DNA of 64,000 nt from Azolla caroliniana (Eukaryota; Plantae; Polypodiophyta): contig JBHGNT010000008.1 in the NCBI GenBank assembly GCA_043228905.1, positions 7,192,001 to 7,256,000 of the forward strand, read 5' to 3'. Position 1 is the stretch's first letter. Each line of letters opens with the position of its first letter. Below the pieces are notes generated by a model, which was given only the letters and a program-made list of their open reading frames with translations, was not told the origin of the DNA and searched no databases. Of this stretch, positions 26,835-40,458 are shown piece after piece. The position numbers were made by a program, and so were the translations under genes.

Positions 26835-27761
26835 AGTGGAGATGCATTCTAGATCCCATTGCGCCTGTTTCCTGTTGTGATGGTGCATCATCGCGTGTCA
26901 TCCTCGTTTGACAGTTCATGGGCCGTGTTGCCACCAAGAAAGGTCCCGACCACTCCCTATCCAACTGTCGGCATACCCTCTCAACTCCCGACCAGTCCTC
27001 GATGAGGCCATTCGATCCGTTGTCGTCGTCAAGCTCGAGCCCGATGACCATCCGCTCCATCTGGTCGATCGACTTCACGAATAACTGGATCTTGTCCACC
27101 CCCACCAGTCTTTGTTCCCGTTCCACGAGCGGAGCAAAGAACTACTCGAACTCTGGGAATGCCTTCGTTGTGCCCTGATGGGTCTTCGTCAATGCCACCC
27201 ACTGGTCGAAGTTGTGTCGGCCCCGTCCTTTTGACCTCCCGCCTCTGTATGCATCCAACAGTGCCTCTTCAAAGGCCTCCCACGAACTATGAGCTTCTCA
27301 GAGCTCTTTTACCTCCGCATGCATCCAGACAACTACCACCCAACAAAAAAACTCCAACCTCAACGCCTCATCTATATTTCGCACCGCCATTTCCGTGTTG
27401 TAGGCTTCCAAATAGAATGGTACTTTGTCCTTGTTGAATCGGCCGACTCGATGGAACACACTCTCGATAGTTTGTTGCACCGCTTCCCGTCTCATCGTCG
27501 CTTGTCCGAACTCCATCACTACCTTTGCCATTATCTCCACGAAGTCGTCATCTTCCATCTCCATCCTCCCTTGCCACCCTTTCACATCGGGTTCCCCAAA
27601 GATGTCGCGGAAATCCGCGTCTACGTGTAGGATCCGGGGCGGGACCACCGGGGTCTTGGACCAGGGAGAGACCGATGAGGAGGGACCGAGCTTCACCGAT
27701 ACCATTCACTCCAGCTAAGACACCGACCAAAGCGTTTTCGGAAACGAGCTGGAGGCAAACG

Positions 27762-27800
<39 letters not shown>

Positions 27801-28656
27801 CACACATACACACACACTCTCTCTCTGAACACACACTTGTTCACAGAAAACCAAAACAAAGAGCACATCCGACAGAGAGAGAGAGAGAGAGAGAAAGTTA
27901 TGCACAACTCAGATATATACATGAGCAGTAGATTACATCTCCAGCCTTGAGCCGGACCAAACGGATTAGATATAAGGGGTTTCTACAGGCAAGCCTCCAG
28001 TCAGGGAGCTCACGATGCTCGCCGCCGCAAGTGGAGGCCTTGCACAGATGACACACAGTAGAAACCAAAACCCTCAAAGCATACGAGCTCGAGCAGGACT
28101 AAACCCTAAACACCAAAACGCACTTGACACAAACAAAATGGGACCCCTAAATTGAGAAAGAGAGAGAGAAGAAAACACCAAAAATGGGGAACCCCCCCCA
28201 AACCCTAGTAGACCAACGGTAAGCTAAACAGTAGAGAACAAATAGATGGAGAGAAAAGAAAACCAAAATCGGGGAACCAGAAACCAAAACTGGGGAACCC
28301 CTTTACAAGAGACCCCCCCTTCCTTTTATAGATCAAGATGGGACATACATTACAAGTTGGTCAAATATTCCCCTTTTCGAGGAGATATTTGCCTCGATAT
28401 CCAGAGGGGCGATGGGAGAAATACATTTAATCCCCCTCACTTTCACACTCCCCCACTACCCTATACGTGTGCATGTGGAGCACTATACACATCACACTTA
28501 TTTCACTCATTAATTCTTATCGACACCCTTTTCACCCTTCACTTTTCCCTTTTTATTTCTATATACATTTCGTAATGTACAGGTACACATATTGCACATC
28601 ACCGACTTTGCCCGTTCCACCCGGGCTTCTCACTGTTGCTGGAAATCTTCACAACG
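26835..28656 (-). mobile_element. 5' fragment of another Trp-family Ty3/gypsy: full LTR (27603-28656), degenerate PBS, partial gag
   Basis: LTR start homologous to 34-115; PBS TGGGGAACCCGATGTGAA; gag IESVFHRVGRFNKDKVPFYLEAY; outer flank ACGA (28657-28660). Confidence 0.8.
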
Positions 28657-30871
28657 ACGAAGCTGGAACTAGTAGAGCTGGCAATAGTATAGAAAGAAGC
28701 TCTAAGAGAACAACCGGTTGCAAGTAAAGCACCAGAAAAAGATCAAGAATGGGAAAAAGAATTTGAAGCATTGAAAGATGAATTGGTTGCACAAGCAGCA
28801 TTGAAGGAAAATGAAAAGCAATTAAGAAAGGGCACCGAAGATGAAAAATGGAGGATGGAAGAAGGACTCTCGCGAATGCAAAGTAACATGGACCGGTTGA
28901 AAGAGGAGAAAGAGACGCTACAGCAAGACAAGGACAAGCTCCGAAGGATGGCGGAAATGGAAATCGTGCGGTTGAAAGAAGAGCTCCAACAACAAAAAGA
29001 TCAGGACGATCGGTTGCGGGGACAAGCCAACTGACGCCTCAAAGAAAAAATAGAGGACTTTGAAAAGTTGTATCGGGAGCACAAAGAGCTCAAGAAAGAA
29101 TATGACCGGCAACGTCACAAATTAAAGGATGCTCGCGTAGAAGTGAAGGAGAAGACAGAGGCCCTAGCGGTGCAGGAAAAGGTGCTGGCAGAAACAACAG
29201 CAAAGCTATTGGACAATGTGGTGAAGGAACAGATAGAGTTGTTGCTGGAGCATAACGAGGTCATGGAACGGTCGAAGGTTGTATTCAATAAAGTGCAGAC
29301 GACCTACCAAACTCAACTCATGAATTATGAAGTTCAAGCCACAACAGCGGCAAACTTGATCAAACAGCTCAAACAGGAAAAACATGAAAAATAGGCCACG
29401 GAGGAGAAAGCACAAATGGGGATTAAAAGAATCTAGATGATTGTCGGAGCCCAGGGGGAATGAATGCGCGCGAAATTGGAAGAATGTTCCGCAACTATAT
29501 GGGAGCACTGGTCCAAGGAGGTAGCCAAACTCCAAATCCTGAGAGCTGATGTAAAGAACCGAAAGAAATCTAGTGATAACTTCTACAAGATGGACGAGGA
29601 GAGTATTATCACCATTCAAGAGGAGTTATCAGAGGATATCTATGTGCTGGCCCAAATACAAATAGGTGGGGTTCAAAGGTTGCTCAAAGAATTTGAAGAT
29701 GACCAACTGTCGGCCACACTTGAGTTGGAAGGCTATGAGGGAGAGAGAAATCGCAAAGCAGCAAAGCAGTGGAGCAAAGGGCAGAACAGATCAATAACAG
29801 TGATGAAAACCAACAACTGGAAATAGGGAGCTCAACACATGACCATCCGGAGACGCAAACGGAGCATCCGGAAACACAAGCGCAATAGTAGACAGCAAAT
29901 GAAGATGAGCAGCCAGACCAGTCGAGTCTCGACCATGACATCCTGGATATACTCGAGGAAGAGTAGAGTTGACCCGTGGGTTCGACGTGCAATGCATTGT
30001 CCCACAGACGTGCCATGTGTTGGCCAAGGAAAAGAGTATGATCCGCAAGTGTGAACCGGAGGCCGTAAAATATATAATAGATAAACTATATTAGGAAGTG
30101 ATGGATCCGGATGGATGTACCGATCCGGATTTGCACCATTTTGTAATCGGATAGCCGGTGAAGGCACCATTTTGTACATACCTATATAAAGGATTTGGAT
30201 TGTATGTATTCAGAGGAAGTAATGACCGAGTAATATAATTATTGATTGTCTATCTTGTGTACTTGTCGTCTGTGCTTATATCTCTTAATCTTACGCATGT
30301 AATTCATTGTCGGATGTAATATATGTATTCCGGAAAGTAACCGATTAAGTTTCTAAGTGTAAAGAAGCGTTAATCCATCTCTCTGACCACACCTTTGGAG
30401 AAGTATTCCAAAAAGGGATGTCTTGTGTTTGTGGCTGAAGTCCGGCCCAAGATAAACAATCAAGCCCTATGCCACCCCGGGCCTATCTACTTGCACCCCT
30501 CATTTCCCCTTGTCGTAAAACTCCTTATTTCTCTCAAAGGGGAAATGTAGTGTCCCTTTGGTGCAAACACATGCCTTCATGTTGTGTTGTACATATGTTC
30601 CTTTTTGCCACCCTTTTAGCATGCATGTAGCCAAGCCAACCCAAATGGGTGTCTATGTATCAATTATAAATTGAGCAAGAAATAAGAAGCAAGCCAAGCT
30701 AGTTTGGATTCTCTTTATGTGCATTTCACAATATAATGGTCTATATTGCATTTAGGAGGTAAGTCTTTTGATAGTTCTTAGGGAAGAGAAGAGTCCCATC
30801 ATTCAATATGTTACATATTTGAAGATCAAGGTCAAGAACAGAACAATACATTATAGAACTCGAAAAAATAT
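28657..30871 (+). mobile_element. 3' fragment of an element with the coiled-coil accessory ORF, followed by LTR-like sequence
   Basis: NRKKSSDNFYKMDEESIITIQEELSED matches NRRKDGCGFYKLNEESIAAVHEDLAQD of 6503-6778(-); shared downstream DNA motif (29975-30015 vs 5965-6010 rc); LTR limits uncertain. Confidence 0.65.
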
Positions 30872-33800
30872 TGTTTAGCGAGCAAGCTCAACATGGACCG
30901 GATCGGTTGAACAAGTCGAGAGCCGGATCGGATGAAGACCAATCGGTTAGGCCCTAATCGGTATCCAGAACAGAGAGCCAGATCGGAGGGAACCGGATCG
31001 GTGTCATACCGGTAGACCATTAGAGGCCTATGATCCTAGCCTAGTACATAGGCATATTTTTAGGGGTTAGTGTCAATCGTTAAGTACGAGCATTGAAGTA
31101 AATGTTAGTACTTCTATCAATCCTTTTAAGGACTTGTATAAATGTGCTCTCTGAGCACATTCGATGTACGGAGTGTTGAGTATTATTTTTGAAATAGAGT
31201 TTTCTGTGTTCTGCCCTCTCTGTCTCTGTCTCTCCCACGTACTCTCTATGTGTTTCAAGCTTTCCATTAAACCTTCGTTTGTGTCCTGTTGCTATCCAGT
31301 AGTAACTAGTTGTGTCTACAAGCTTTCGTACGTAATTCTTTTCATGGTATCAGAGCACGAGGGTTGAGAATCCTCTAATGCCGACACAAAGCGTAGGAAA
31401 GAAGGCACAAAAGTGGTGCCGACAGCAGTTCCGAACCCTCCACAAGCAGGGGGAGTCAAGGCAGCGCCAAAAATCGACAAGCAAAAGCCAACATGGAATG
31501 TTGTGGTACTGTGGCAAGAATAACCACAAGGAGAGTGAATGTTGGAAGAAGCGTGCTGATTCAGACAAATCCGGATATGACAAAGCTGAACACGGAAATC
31601 GGTAGTGGTCGCACTACGCCGAAGGATCAGAAGGATCCGGAACCGGATAAACCAGAAAGGAGCCAACCTTCATGATGAAACACAAGGCAAACTCGATGAA
31701 GAAGACCACCTCGTAGTCAGATGAGGTGTGGTACGTTGACCCCGGAGTGTCAAATCATATGACGAGTCATGGTTCTCATATCTAGAGAAACCGGAGCAAC
31801 CAGGAGTGATCGAAACCGGAGACGACACTCCGCACCCAATCGAATATGTTGGTGAAGTCCCCCTCATCCATGTCAGACAGAAGGGGAAGCTCATGAATGT
31901 GTTGCACATCCCGACAATAACAAAGAACCTGGTGTCAGTCAGCCAGATCGTCGTCCAGGGAATGCAAGTTTGATTCACCCACCTCGGGTACTTCATTGAG
32001 GAAGAGGGACAAATTATTGCGCAAGGGCACTAGGATGGGAGGATGTTCATCCTCGACACCAACGATGTTGGCACTGCATTGTTTACGAAAGGACAAAAAC
32101 TCGAGTCGAATATCGACTTATGGCACAAGGGCCACGTCAACTACTAGAGGCTTTAGTATCTACAGTCAAAACAAGTAGTGTTCGACTTGCCGAAATTTAG
32201 TGGCCGGAAGGCCCAATTTTGTGAAGTCTGCCAACTTGGGAAGCAACATTAACTTCCATTCCCCAACGAGCGAAACCGGAGCGGAACAACCTCGACTTGA
32301 TACATTAGGATGTTTGGGGACCGGTAGAGAATGTGAGTCTTGTCGGGAGTCAATACCTCGTCTCCTTCATTGACGACTACAGTCGGCACACATGGATCTA
32401 CCTCATCGAGAAGAAAAGCAAAGTCTTGTCGAAAGGGAAACAAAGAGGAAGATAAAGTGCCTACGGTCGAATGGCGGAAAAGAGTACTTTTCCGGCCAAT
32501 TCAAATGTTATTTGCAGCATATGAGAATTTGGAGAGAATTCAGCTGCAAATATACGCCGGAGCAAAATGGTGTACCTTAGAGGAAGAAACGGTCAATTGT
32601 GGAGGCGGCAAGGATAATGTTGGAGGAGAAGAGCATGCCCAAATTCTACTGGGCCAAAGCAGTCTGAACTGCGGTCTACATCCAAAATCGGATCGGAGAG
32701 AAGGTGTCAACACACGAGCTGTATTTCGAGTGGAAGCTGAACTTACGACACCTGAGAGTATTCAGCAGTATAGCCTATGTGCATGTGCCTGATGAGAAGA
32801 GGAGGAAGTTTGACCCAAAGTCGGAGAAGTGTATTTTAATCGGCTACTCACATGAGCAGAAGGGGTATAAGTGCTATAACCCCCGAACAAAAGAAGTCTA
32901 AGTGAGCCGAGATGTCGAATTCGATGAGTTGGCATCATGGTACTCTTTACCAACTCCAACTCCCAACAACTCTGACCACCTGATCACTGAGGATGAGGCC
33001 AGTGAACCCGACATGATTTGGAAACAAGAAGATGAAGAAGACCTCGGTACTCTAGAAGAGATTCCGATCTCATTCCAGCTTAGTGGGCCGAATGAGAGTC
33101 AGATTGACCAATCGAATGAAGAGCCGACAAGTGGTGAGAACTCGTTCGTGCATTCCCCGCGCAAGGAACCGAGGAGACGGCTCACACACCAGGAAAAAGG
33201 GAAGAAGAAGATGCCGGAATACGGCACCGACAAGGAAGAGTCGGATCGGAGCGAATCCGACTTTGGAAAGAACGAAGACAGATATTCGAAAAAGAAGTCT
33301 GAGTCAGCCAAGAGGGCCCTCAAATCGGCAAACCAGAAGCTACGCCGATCTACCCGCCAGAAGAACCTTGTGAGCCAAGAGATACGTAGAAGCGGCGAAA
33401 GACGTGAATTAGCGTGCCACTATGGAGGAAGAAATGCGGGTACTCGATGCCAACAATACTTGGGACATGGTTCACTCTCCCTGACACTACAAACCAATCG
33501 GTTGCAAATGGATATACAAGGTAAAGTATAATGTTGATGGTTTGGTCAACCGGTACAAGGCCCGATTAGTGGCCAAGGGATATGCACAGACCCACAAAAT
33601 CGATTACGACGAGACCTTCGCACCAGTAGCGAAGATGACAACGGTTCGTGTGGTACTGGCAGTCACAGCGGTGAGGGGGTGGCATCTCCACCAAATGGAT
33701 ATGAAGAATGTGTTTCTTCAAGGAGATTTTGAAGAACAAGTGTATATGATCCAATCCCCCGGATTTCAGTCGGAGATGAACAAGTCGGCAGTGTACCGAC

Positions 33801-35994
33801 TCAAGAAGTCGCTTTACGGCTTGAAGCAAGCCCCCCGTGCTTGGAACTCGAAGATTACGCACTGGTTGGGTAAGACGGGGTTTGTGGCTTCCAAGTCCAA
33901 CTCTTCACTATTCATCTGGAACGGTCCAAAAGGTCCGGTGTGTATCTTACTCTACGTCAACGACTTTGTCGTCACCGGACCCAACCTTGCTGAAATCGGC
34001 AGTGTCAAGTCCAACTATCAAGAGGATTTGAGATGAAGGACTTGGAGGACCTTCACTACTTCCTCGAGATCGAAGTGATCCACACCCCGACGCCATATTG
34101 TTGTCTCAACAACACTATGTTTTGAATATGTTATTCAAGTTCGGCATGACAGATTGCCGACCGGTCTCAACACCCCTTGATCGGAATTTGAAGCTATGTC
34201 CCAACTCCGGAACGGCCTGCAACGAGAAACGGTTCCGACAAATTGTCAGAAGCCTCATATACCAAACCATCAACCGAACCGGCATTGGCTATCCAGTCAG
34301 GGTGATCAATCAATTTATGCAACAACCGACCGTCGAGCACCTTCAGTGCGCACATCGACTACTGCGATACATGACCAACACTAAGGACCGGGGATTGTTG
34401 TACCAACACGGTGTAACCGAACAATTAGTCGGTTATATTGATGCCGATTGGGCCACTGATGCGTCGGATCATCGATCAACATCCGACTTTATGTTTTTTC
34501 TCGGTAGCACGGTTGTTGCATGGAGCAAGAAGAAGTAGCCGATAATGGCTCTGTCGAGCACTGAGGGTGAGTACCAAGGAGCTATCGTTGCGAACTATGA
34601 AGCCATATGGCTTCGGCGGCTGCTACAAGACCTACAAATCGAAGTACCGACTCCGATCCCGATCTACTGCAACAACATCAATAGCATACAACTTGCCAAG
34701 AACCCTGTGTTCCATGCTCACACAAAGCACATCGAGGTGCATTATCACTTTGTGTGCGAGCGAGTCCTAAGCGGTGAAGTCAAACTCCTATATGTTCAAA
34801 CCAATCGGCAAGTTGCTGACATCTTCACCAAGCCACTCGAATCGACAAGTTGCATCACTTTTCGGAGATGCATAGGCTATGAAATCTTGACGTGCTACAC
34901 TTGAGGGGAGAACCAGAATAGGAACCAGGAGAATGGGTAAAGGCACAGTCGAAGAGAAGGAGACCAAAACTGAAACATGGGGAGACAAGGAGAAAAAGGA
35001 AGCCGAGTTGACTGAAGAAGTCGGCACATCCGATGAAGTCAGAACAAGCAGCAGCAAGGGGGCAAAGTCAAGAAGGTCAGAGCTGACTAGAAGATGAAGG
35101 CCAAGACCTAGACATGGTCTGATGTGGTGAAGGGCCTGAAGGATGAAGACAAATTGGAGACAGCCAATTCAGACATGAGCGGGAATGAATCGGAGGCAGT
35201 CGATTCTGTTGAACAGTTCGATTCGGAAGAGCCGAATCACTTGAAGGCCAAATGGACGAGAAAGCAATGAAAGTTGAGGCCGACATGGAGGAGCCGACGG
35301 GTCGAGAACCGCCGAAGTCACAATAGTGAGGAAGTTGAGATGGGCCTTATGAGCAAACAAGCCGATCGAGAAGGTCGAGGTGTGCAGAATTGGACGAGTT
35401 GTGGAAAGCGGGACCGAAGGGGTCGAGGTGCGCAAGCAAGGCGTGAAGATGCCAGGAGAAGTCGGAGAGGCAAGGACCGGCAGATACTGACATGACGAGT
35501 CGACCTCAAGTTGAGCTTGAGGGGAGTGTTGAGTGGACAAGCTCAACATGGGCCGGATCGGCTGAACAAGCCGATAGCCAGATTGGATGAAGACCGATCG
35601 ATCGGCTAAGCCTAGATCAGCTCGAAGAGCTGGATCAGTGTCCAGAATGGAGAGCTGGATCGGTGTCATATTGGTACACTATTAGAGGCCTATGATCCTA
35701 GTCTAGTACATAGCCATATTTTTAGGGGCTAGTGGTAGTCCCTCAATACGAGCATTGAAGTACTTGTTAGTCCTTTTAAGAACTTGTATAAAAGTGCTCT
35801 CTGAGCACATTCTATGTATAGAGTGTTGAGTATTATTTTTGAAATAGAGTTTTCGACGTTCTGCTCTCTCTGTCTTTGTCTCTCTAGCGTACTCTCCGTG
35901 TGTTTCAGGCTTTCCATTAAACCTTTGTCTGTGTTCTATTGTTGTCCGGTAGTAATTGGTCATGCCTGCAAACTTCCACATGTAACTCTTTTCA
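30872..35994 (+). mobile_element. Ty1/copia LTR retrotransposon, old and degenerate, gag mostly deleted
   Basis: LTRs 30872-31344 and 35527-35994, TSD AATAT (30867-30871, 35995-35999), PBS TGGTATCAGAGC (31345-31356, tRNA-iMet), PPT TGAGGGGAG; RYKARLVAKG, LYVNDF, TKHIEVHYHF. Confidence 0.93.
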
Positions 35995-36049
35995 AATATG
36001 CATTCGGACAAGCAGAGACAAATGATTTAGATTATTTTTTAAAAGATTC

Positions 36050-36620
36050 ATCTTGGTATTAATGGAAAGATGTTGAAAGGCTACAAAGAACTTTTATAAG
36101 AAAACATAACCATCATACCCTCATCAACCAACATGTCAAATAGGAAAAGCCCTCACGCAACTAGCTTAGCAACTACACTTACACATCTAAAATCGGGGTC
36201 CTTCCAAGACAGGGGGCAGAAAAAGCCATCTTGGTGTAGCATATCTCCATTTTATTCTTTCCCCAAAAGAGGTGAAGATCTCTATCTTTTTCCACATTTC
36301 TCGAAAATGTTGTTGCTTACGAAACACAACATCAAGCTCACCACTTATTACCTCATATGACCTCTTAGAGTATGCAGAAGCATCAATTGTATCTCCTTGA
36401 CTAACTCAAACATATTCTACTTTACTTTTTGAAATACACATTTACATTTTGCCTTCCACAATACCCAAATTACTAAAGAAGATATCGTAGACCAAACCTT
36501 TGTTGAATACAGGTATATAATGGCCGTATTCCCATTGTCCCATTTGGACAAACTAGGTTAGGACATGTTTGTAATATGCTCAAAGGGCATTTGCCTTGGT
36601 TCGGTAGTATATAACTGAAC
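36050..36620 (-). mobile_element. Possible decayed LINE (L1-type) 3' remnant
   Basis: IWVLWKAKCKCVF near 36470-36430 resembles the LINE C-terminal WxIWKxRNxxxF motif. Confidence 0.3.
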
Positions 36621-37983
36621 TTGTAACTAGTTTGTAGATGATGCTGATACCACCATTCTTTGTAACGTCTTGATTTGAATAATATAGTCACACCTTGTGT
36701 GCCTATCTGGATCTCACTCAAGGGCCTAAATTGGCAGGCAGACCCGACGTTGCACACTTGAGGAGCACATGGGGAAGCGACCGAAGAAGTGGTTTCATCA
36801 TCCGGCAAAGTTTGTGCCAATCAAAACGGGAATTGACTAGTCAACCCCACACCCTTCGAAGATGTTGCGAGAATGACTTCCAGGGTCCTTCCGTCTTCAC
36901 CAGAGCACGGCTCAGCGCACTCTGTCTTTCTTGTTAATCTTGTTAAGTTGTCTCGTAGTAAATTCTTTGTCTTGATGTTCATCACACTATAGTGTTGATT
37001 TGTTATCTGCTTACTGACGATCTCACCTCCAACAATCTTGTCCTCTACCAAACAACAGATTGTTGTAGTATAGGAGACATCCAATACATGCCACTCAAGA
37101 AAGAGGGGGGGGGGGGGGTTACATCATTTTAGGGCCACATTTGAGTATAACCTTTAGGTAGATAATAGTGTTTGTTGTCTCGTAATTGTTATCTTTACGT
37201 TTATTAGAGATCTTAGTATGAAAAGCGACAAGTTGGCATACACAAGCTAAACCTCATGACATCAACTCGAGGAGGGTTGATAACAATGATCATCTAGAAG
37301 GAGTAGATGTACATGGGATTATATTGTTGTATTATATCAACAAAGAGTGTAGTGCATGAGACTATTATTGGGAGGTGAGTTTCACATCTAATGTCCTAGT
37401 GATCTTACACTGAATGCTAAATTTTCATTTTCTATAGTATTTGAAACATAAGAATCAGATTCTAAATGAGAAGACATTATGGTGCTAGAACATGATACGA
37501 CTCTTTATATTTTTATTTGCATTTTTGGTGCTACGCAAGGGTGCTTAGTTAGACCGAATCTCTTTGAGTTATGCATTGAAATTCGAACAATTTGTTGACA
37601 AGTTTGCGCGACAAGTGACTAAAGGCATTAAGGAGGTTGTCGATGGGAATGAAATCACCGTGAATTTGTTATACATATGAAGTTGCACGAAATCTTACGA
37701 GTGTCTTTTATACAAGCATGAACAACCCCAATAGGGTAATAGTGGCACTTTCATCAGGTACTCTTTCACTATGTGGTATACCGAGAAGTTATGTGACAAG
37801 TTACAACAACATATAAGCAAATTCCAACACATTTTGGGTACAATAAGGAGTGTTCCAAGTTTGCTTCGAGATCGGGAAATTGAATGAGTATACTTGTCGT
37901 TGCACAAAAGCTGTAAAATGGGGTTGATTGAATGCAGTTTGATTCAACATGGTCAGAGGGGGTGGATTCACATGCTAGATTGA

Positions 37984-38211
37984 CAAGGTTGTTCGGGGTG
38001 GAGACTAACGATCGGCAACAAACCGAACAAAACTATGAAACCGCGGCTCAACAACTTAATGATTCAAACGATTTGGCTCAGTTTGGTTCAGGTTCAAATT
38101 TTTTAACTATTTGGTTTCGGTTATGTTTAAACGGTTTTAATGGTTTAGGGTGCTAGTTTATTATTATTTTAAACAACTTTTCATTTTTAAGCCATTCACA
38201 CACCATATTGG
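37984..38211 (+). repeat. Diverged tandem duplicate of the left flank and left part of the adjacent MITE
   Basis: CAAGGTTGT...GGAGAC-TAACGATCGGCAAC repeated at about 37984 and 38212. Confidence 0.8.
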
Positions 38212-38233
38212 CAAGGTTGTCTAGGGCGGAGAC

Positions 38234-38827
38234 TAACGATCGGCAACAAACCGAACCCAACTATGAAACCGCCACTCAACACCTTAACGGTTCAAATGGT
38301 TTGGCTCGGTTTGGTTCAGGTTCAACTTTTTTTAACGGTTCGGTTTCAGTAAAAACGGTTTGATGGTTTAGGGTTGCCGGTTGATTTTTTTTTTAAAACA
38401 ACTTTTCATTTTTAAGCCTAATTCTCACATTTTAGGAAAAATCTTATAAGTTTGAAAAAAATTACAAATTTCAAATAATGAAAAATTTTAAAAACTTAAA
38501 ATTGAAATTTGAACATTTGAATACTGATCTAACATGAAATTTGAAACCGAACCACGAAACCGCGGTTTTAACAGTTTGGAGTTTTTGTAACGGTTCGGTT
38601 TAAACAATTCTGGTTTAAATGGTTTCGTTGTTCCATTTGGTTCGGTTCAAGTTTCGACTACATTCAAACGGTGTTGAAGCGCGTCAACATGGAGAACGCG
38701 AAGCCAGCATCGACTCTATGTTTGACATCGATCTGACTTATCGGACAGAGACTTCTCCATCAAAGGATGAAAGGTTTTGACACTCTCGAACCGAACCGAA
38801 CCGAACCGAAACCATTGCCGATTGTTA
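38234..38827. mobile_element. hAT-type MITE upstream of the PWWP gene
   Basis: TIR TAACGATCGGCAA / TTGCCGATTGTTA, 8-bp TSD GCGGAGAC (38226-38233, 38828-38835), subterminal AACCG arrays; same family as 54252-54764. Confidence 0.88.
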
Positions 38828-39046
38828 GCGGAGACCCGAATGGAATGGCGGTAGCATGCAGTCGGAAACCAACCCCCGACGCGACGTTCTCTTGTGAAGT
38901 TTTTAGGAAAAGAAAGAAAAAGGGAAAACATGTGGTCAAGAAAATAAAGTATGTACATACATAAAAAGAAGAGAGAGGAGGGTGTTGTGGCTGTCAAGAT
39001 TCGAACCTTAGACCTTCTCTTCTTCTCCAATGGTTCTCTTCTCTCA

Positions 39047-39077
<31 letters not shown>

Positions 39078-39430
39078 CTATGGCTCTTACCACTTCTGGG
39101 TGAGAAAAAACAACAGACACAAGAAATCTCTGCTCCGAGAGATTTCTCACCATTCCTGTCTTCTTAATTCAGCTTTTATCATTCTCTGCTCTCCCCCCCC
39201 CCCCCCCCCCTGCCTCCATCTGCATCCCTCGTTGATTCCTTATCTCTTCCCAGCTCAGTCAAATTCTCAGGCTTCCCTTTCATATCGAACCTGCTCTGCT
39301 TTTTGCTCACTTCTGATGAGGCTCTCGTTTATGTTGCCCCTTCTGTTTCACGGCGTTTAGTTTTTCTTGCATTTTCCCTTGGTCTGCGCACAGATCCTTC
39401 CGTGAGAGCCGGCATTTTCCTGGTTCAAAG

Positions 39431-40349
39431 GTAAGACGGAATTATTTCAGATTGCTTTTACCACTGCCCGCCCAAATGGGCCTTTTGGGTAAATTCTCCT
39501 TGTTCGAAATCTCCAGAGTTTCATCGTCGTTAGTATTTAATTTCGTTTTCTTTCCGCATTGTAAATAGTTATTTCTGCTTGTATGAAATATTTAATGGTT
39601 TCGTTTTTCCTTTTTCCGAATGATCTCTGTGTTACATCTGAAATAGGTCTTCTGCGCCAAGTTTTCTTCCTTTCACAGGTTTCAGTTTATAGATCTCAAA
39701 ATATTTTGACCTTTACTCATTTTTTGTTTCTATCACGGACCAAATCAAAAGGTTTTGGCTATTTGTTCTAGAAAGATAATTTAGGGTTTAATTTTCCAAG
39801 GTTCAGGGTTTCAGATTCATAAGTCTTAAATTTCGTCTCGTTTTCGCAGTTTGTCTATGTTTGGAAGATTTAGGGTTTCAGAATATATTGTGCATTTGTG
39901 GCTAATTTTCCTTGCTTAAGAGGTTTAGTCATAGGTCATATATTTTGAGTTTATCATTGCCTAACTAGATCTGTTTGACCTAGCTAAAAATTAAAGATTC
40001 AACGTTTGAAGGCGTACTTGGTTTTTCTGTTGCACAAAAAGTCACTTTTACCTTGTTTGAAGTCTTCATATTTTCAGAGCTATACATATGTCTTCCTTTT
40101 TAAATTATGCCAAGTTTGCAATCTTACACCAACTGAAAGATTTTGGGTTTCAGTTGCATAAAATCATTCACAGTTCTTAAAATTCGTCTTTGTTTGCCCT
40201 TTTTCCATTTTGGACGAGTTTCAGAGTCATAGGTCTATATTCTGTTTTATCAGACCAAATGTATTTTTGTTAAATTGGCCTTCATGGAAAGATTTAGGTC
40301 GTCAGATTCATGTGTGTTAATTTTTATTTATTGTTTGTCGATTTTGCAG
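39431..40349 (+). other. Predicted 5' UTR intron of the PWWP gene
   Basis: AAG|GTAAGA donor, T-rich body, TTTTGCAG acceptor about 110 bp before the ATG. Confidence 0.6.
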
Positions 40350-40458
40350 CACACATAGTATTCTGGCCATACTTCCTTCTTGGAAGAATTTAGTGTTATC
40401 CAACTACTATTTTATTATATGAACTCTGGAAATAGCTTCGTAGCTTCAGAGTATTTAC

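Noticed and set aside
38020-38810. CRISPR-like or satellite array from AACCG repeats
   Set aside because: Irregular subterminal repeats of a hAT MITE with TIRs and 8-bp TSD; no repeat-spacer periodicity.
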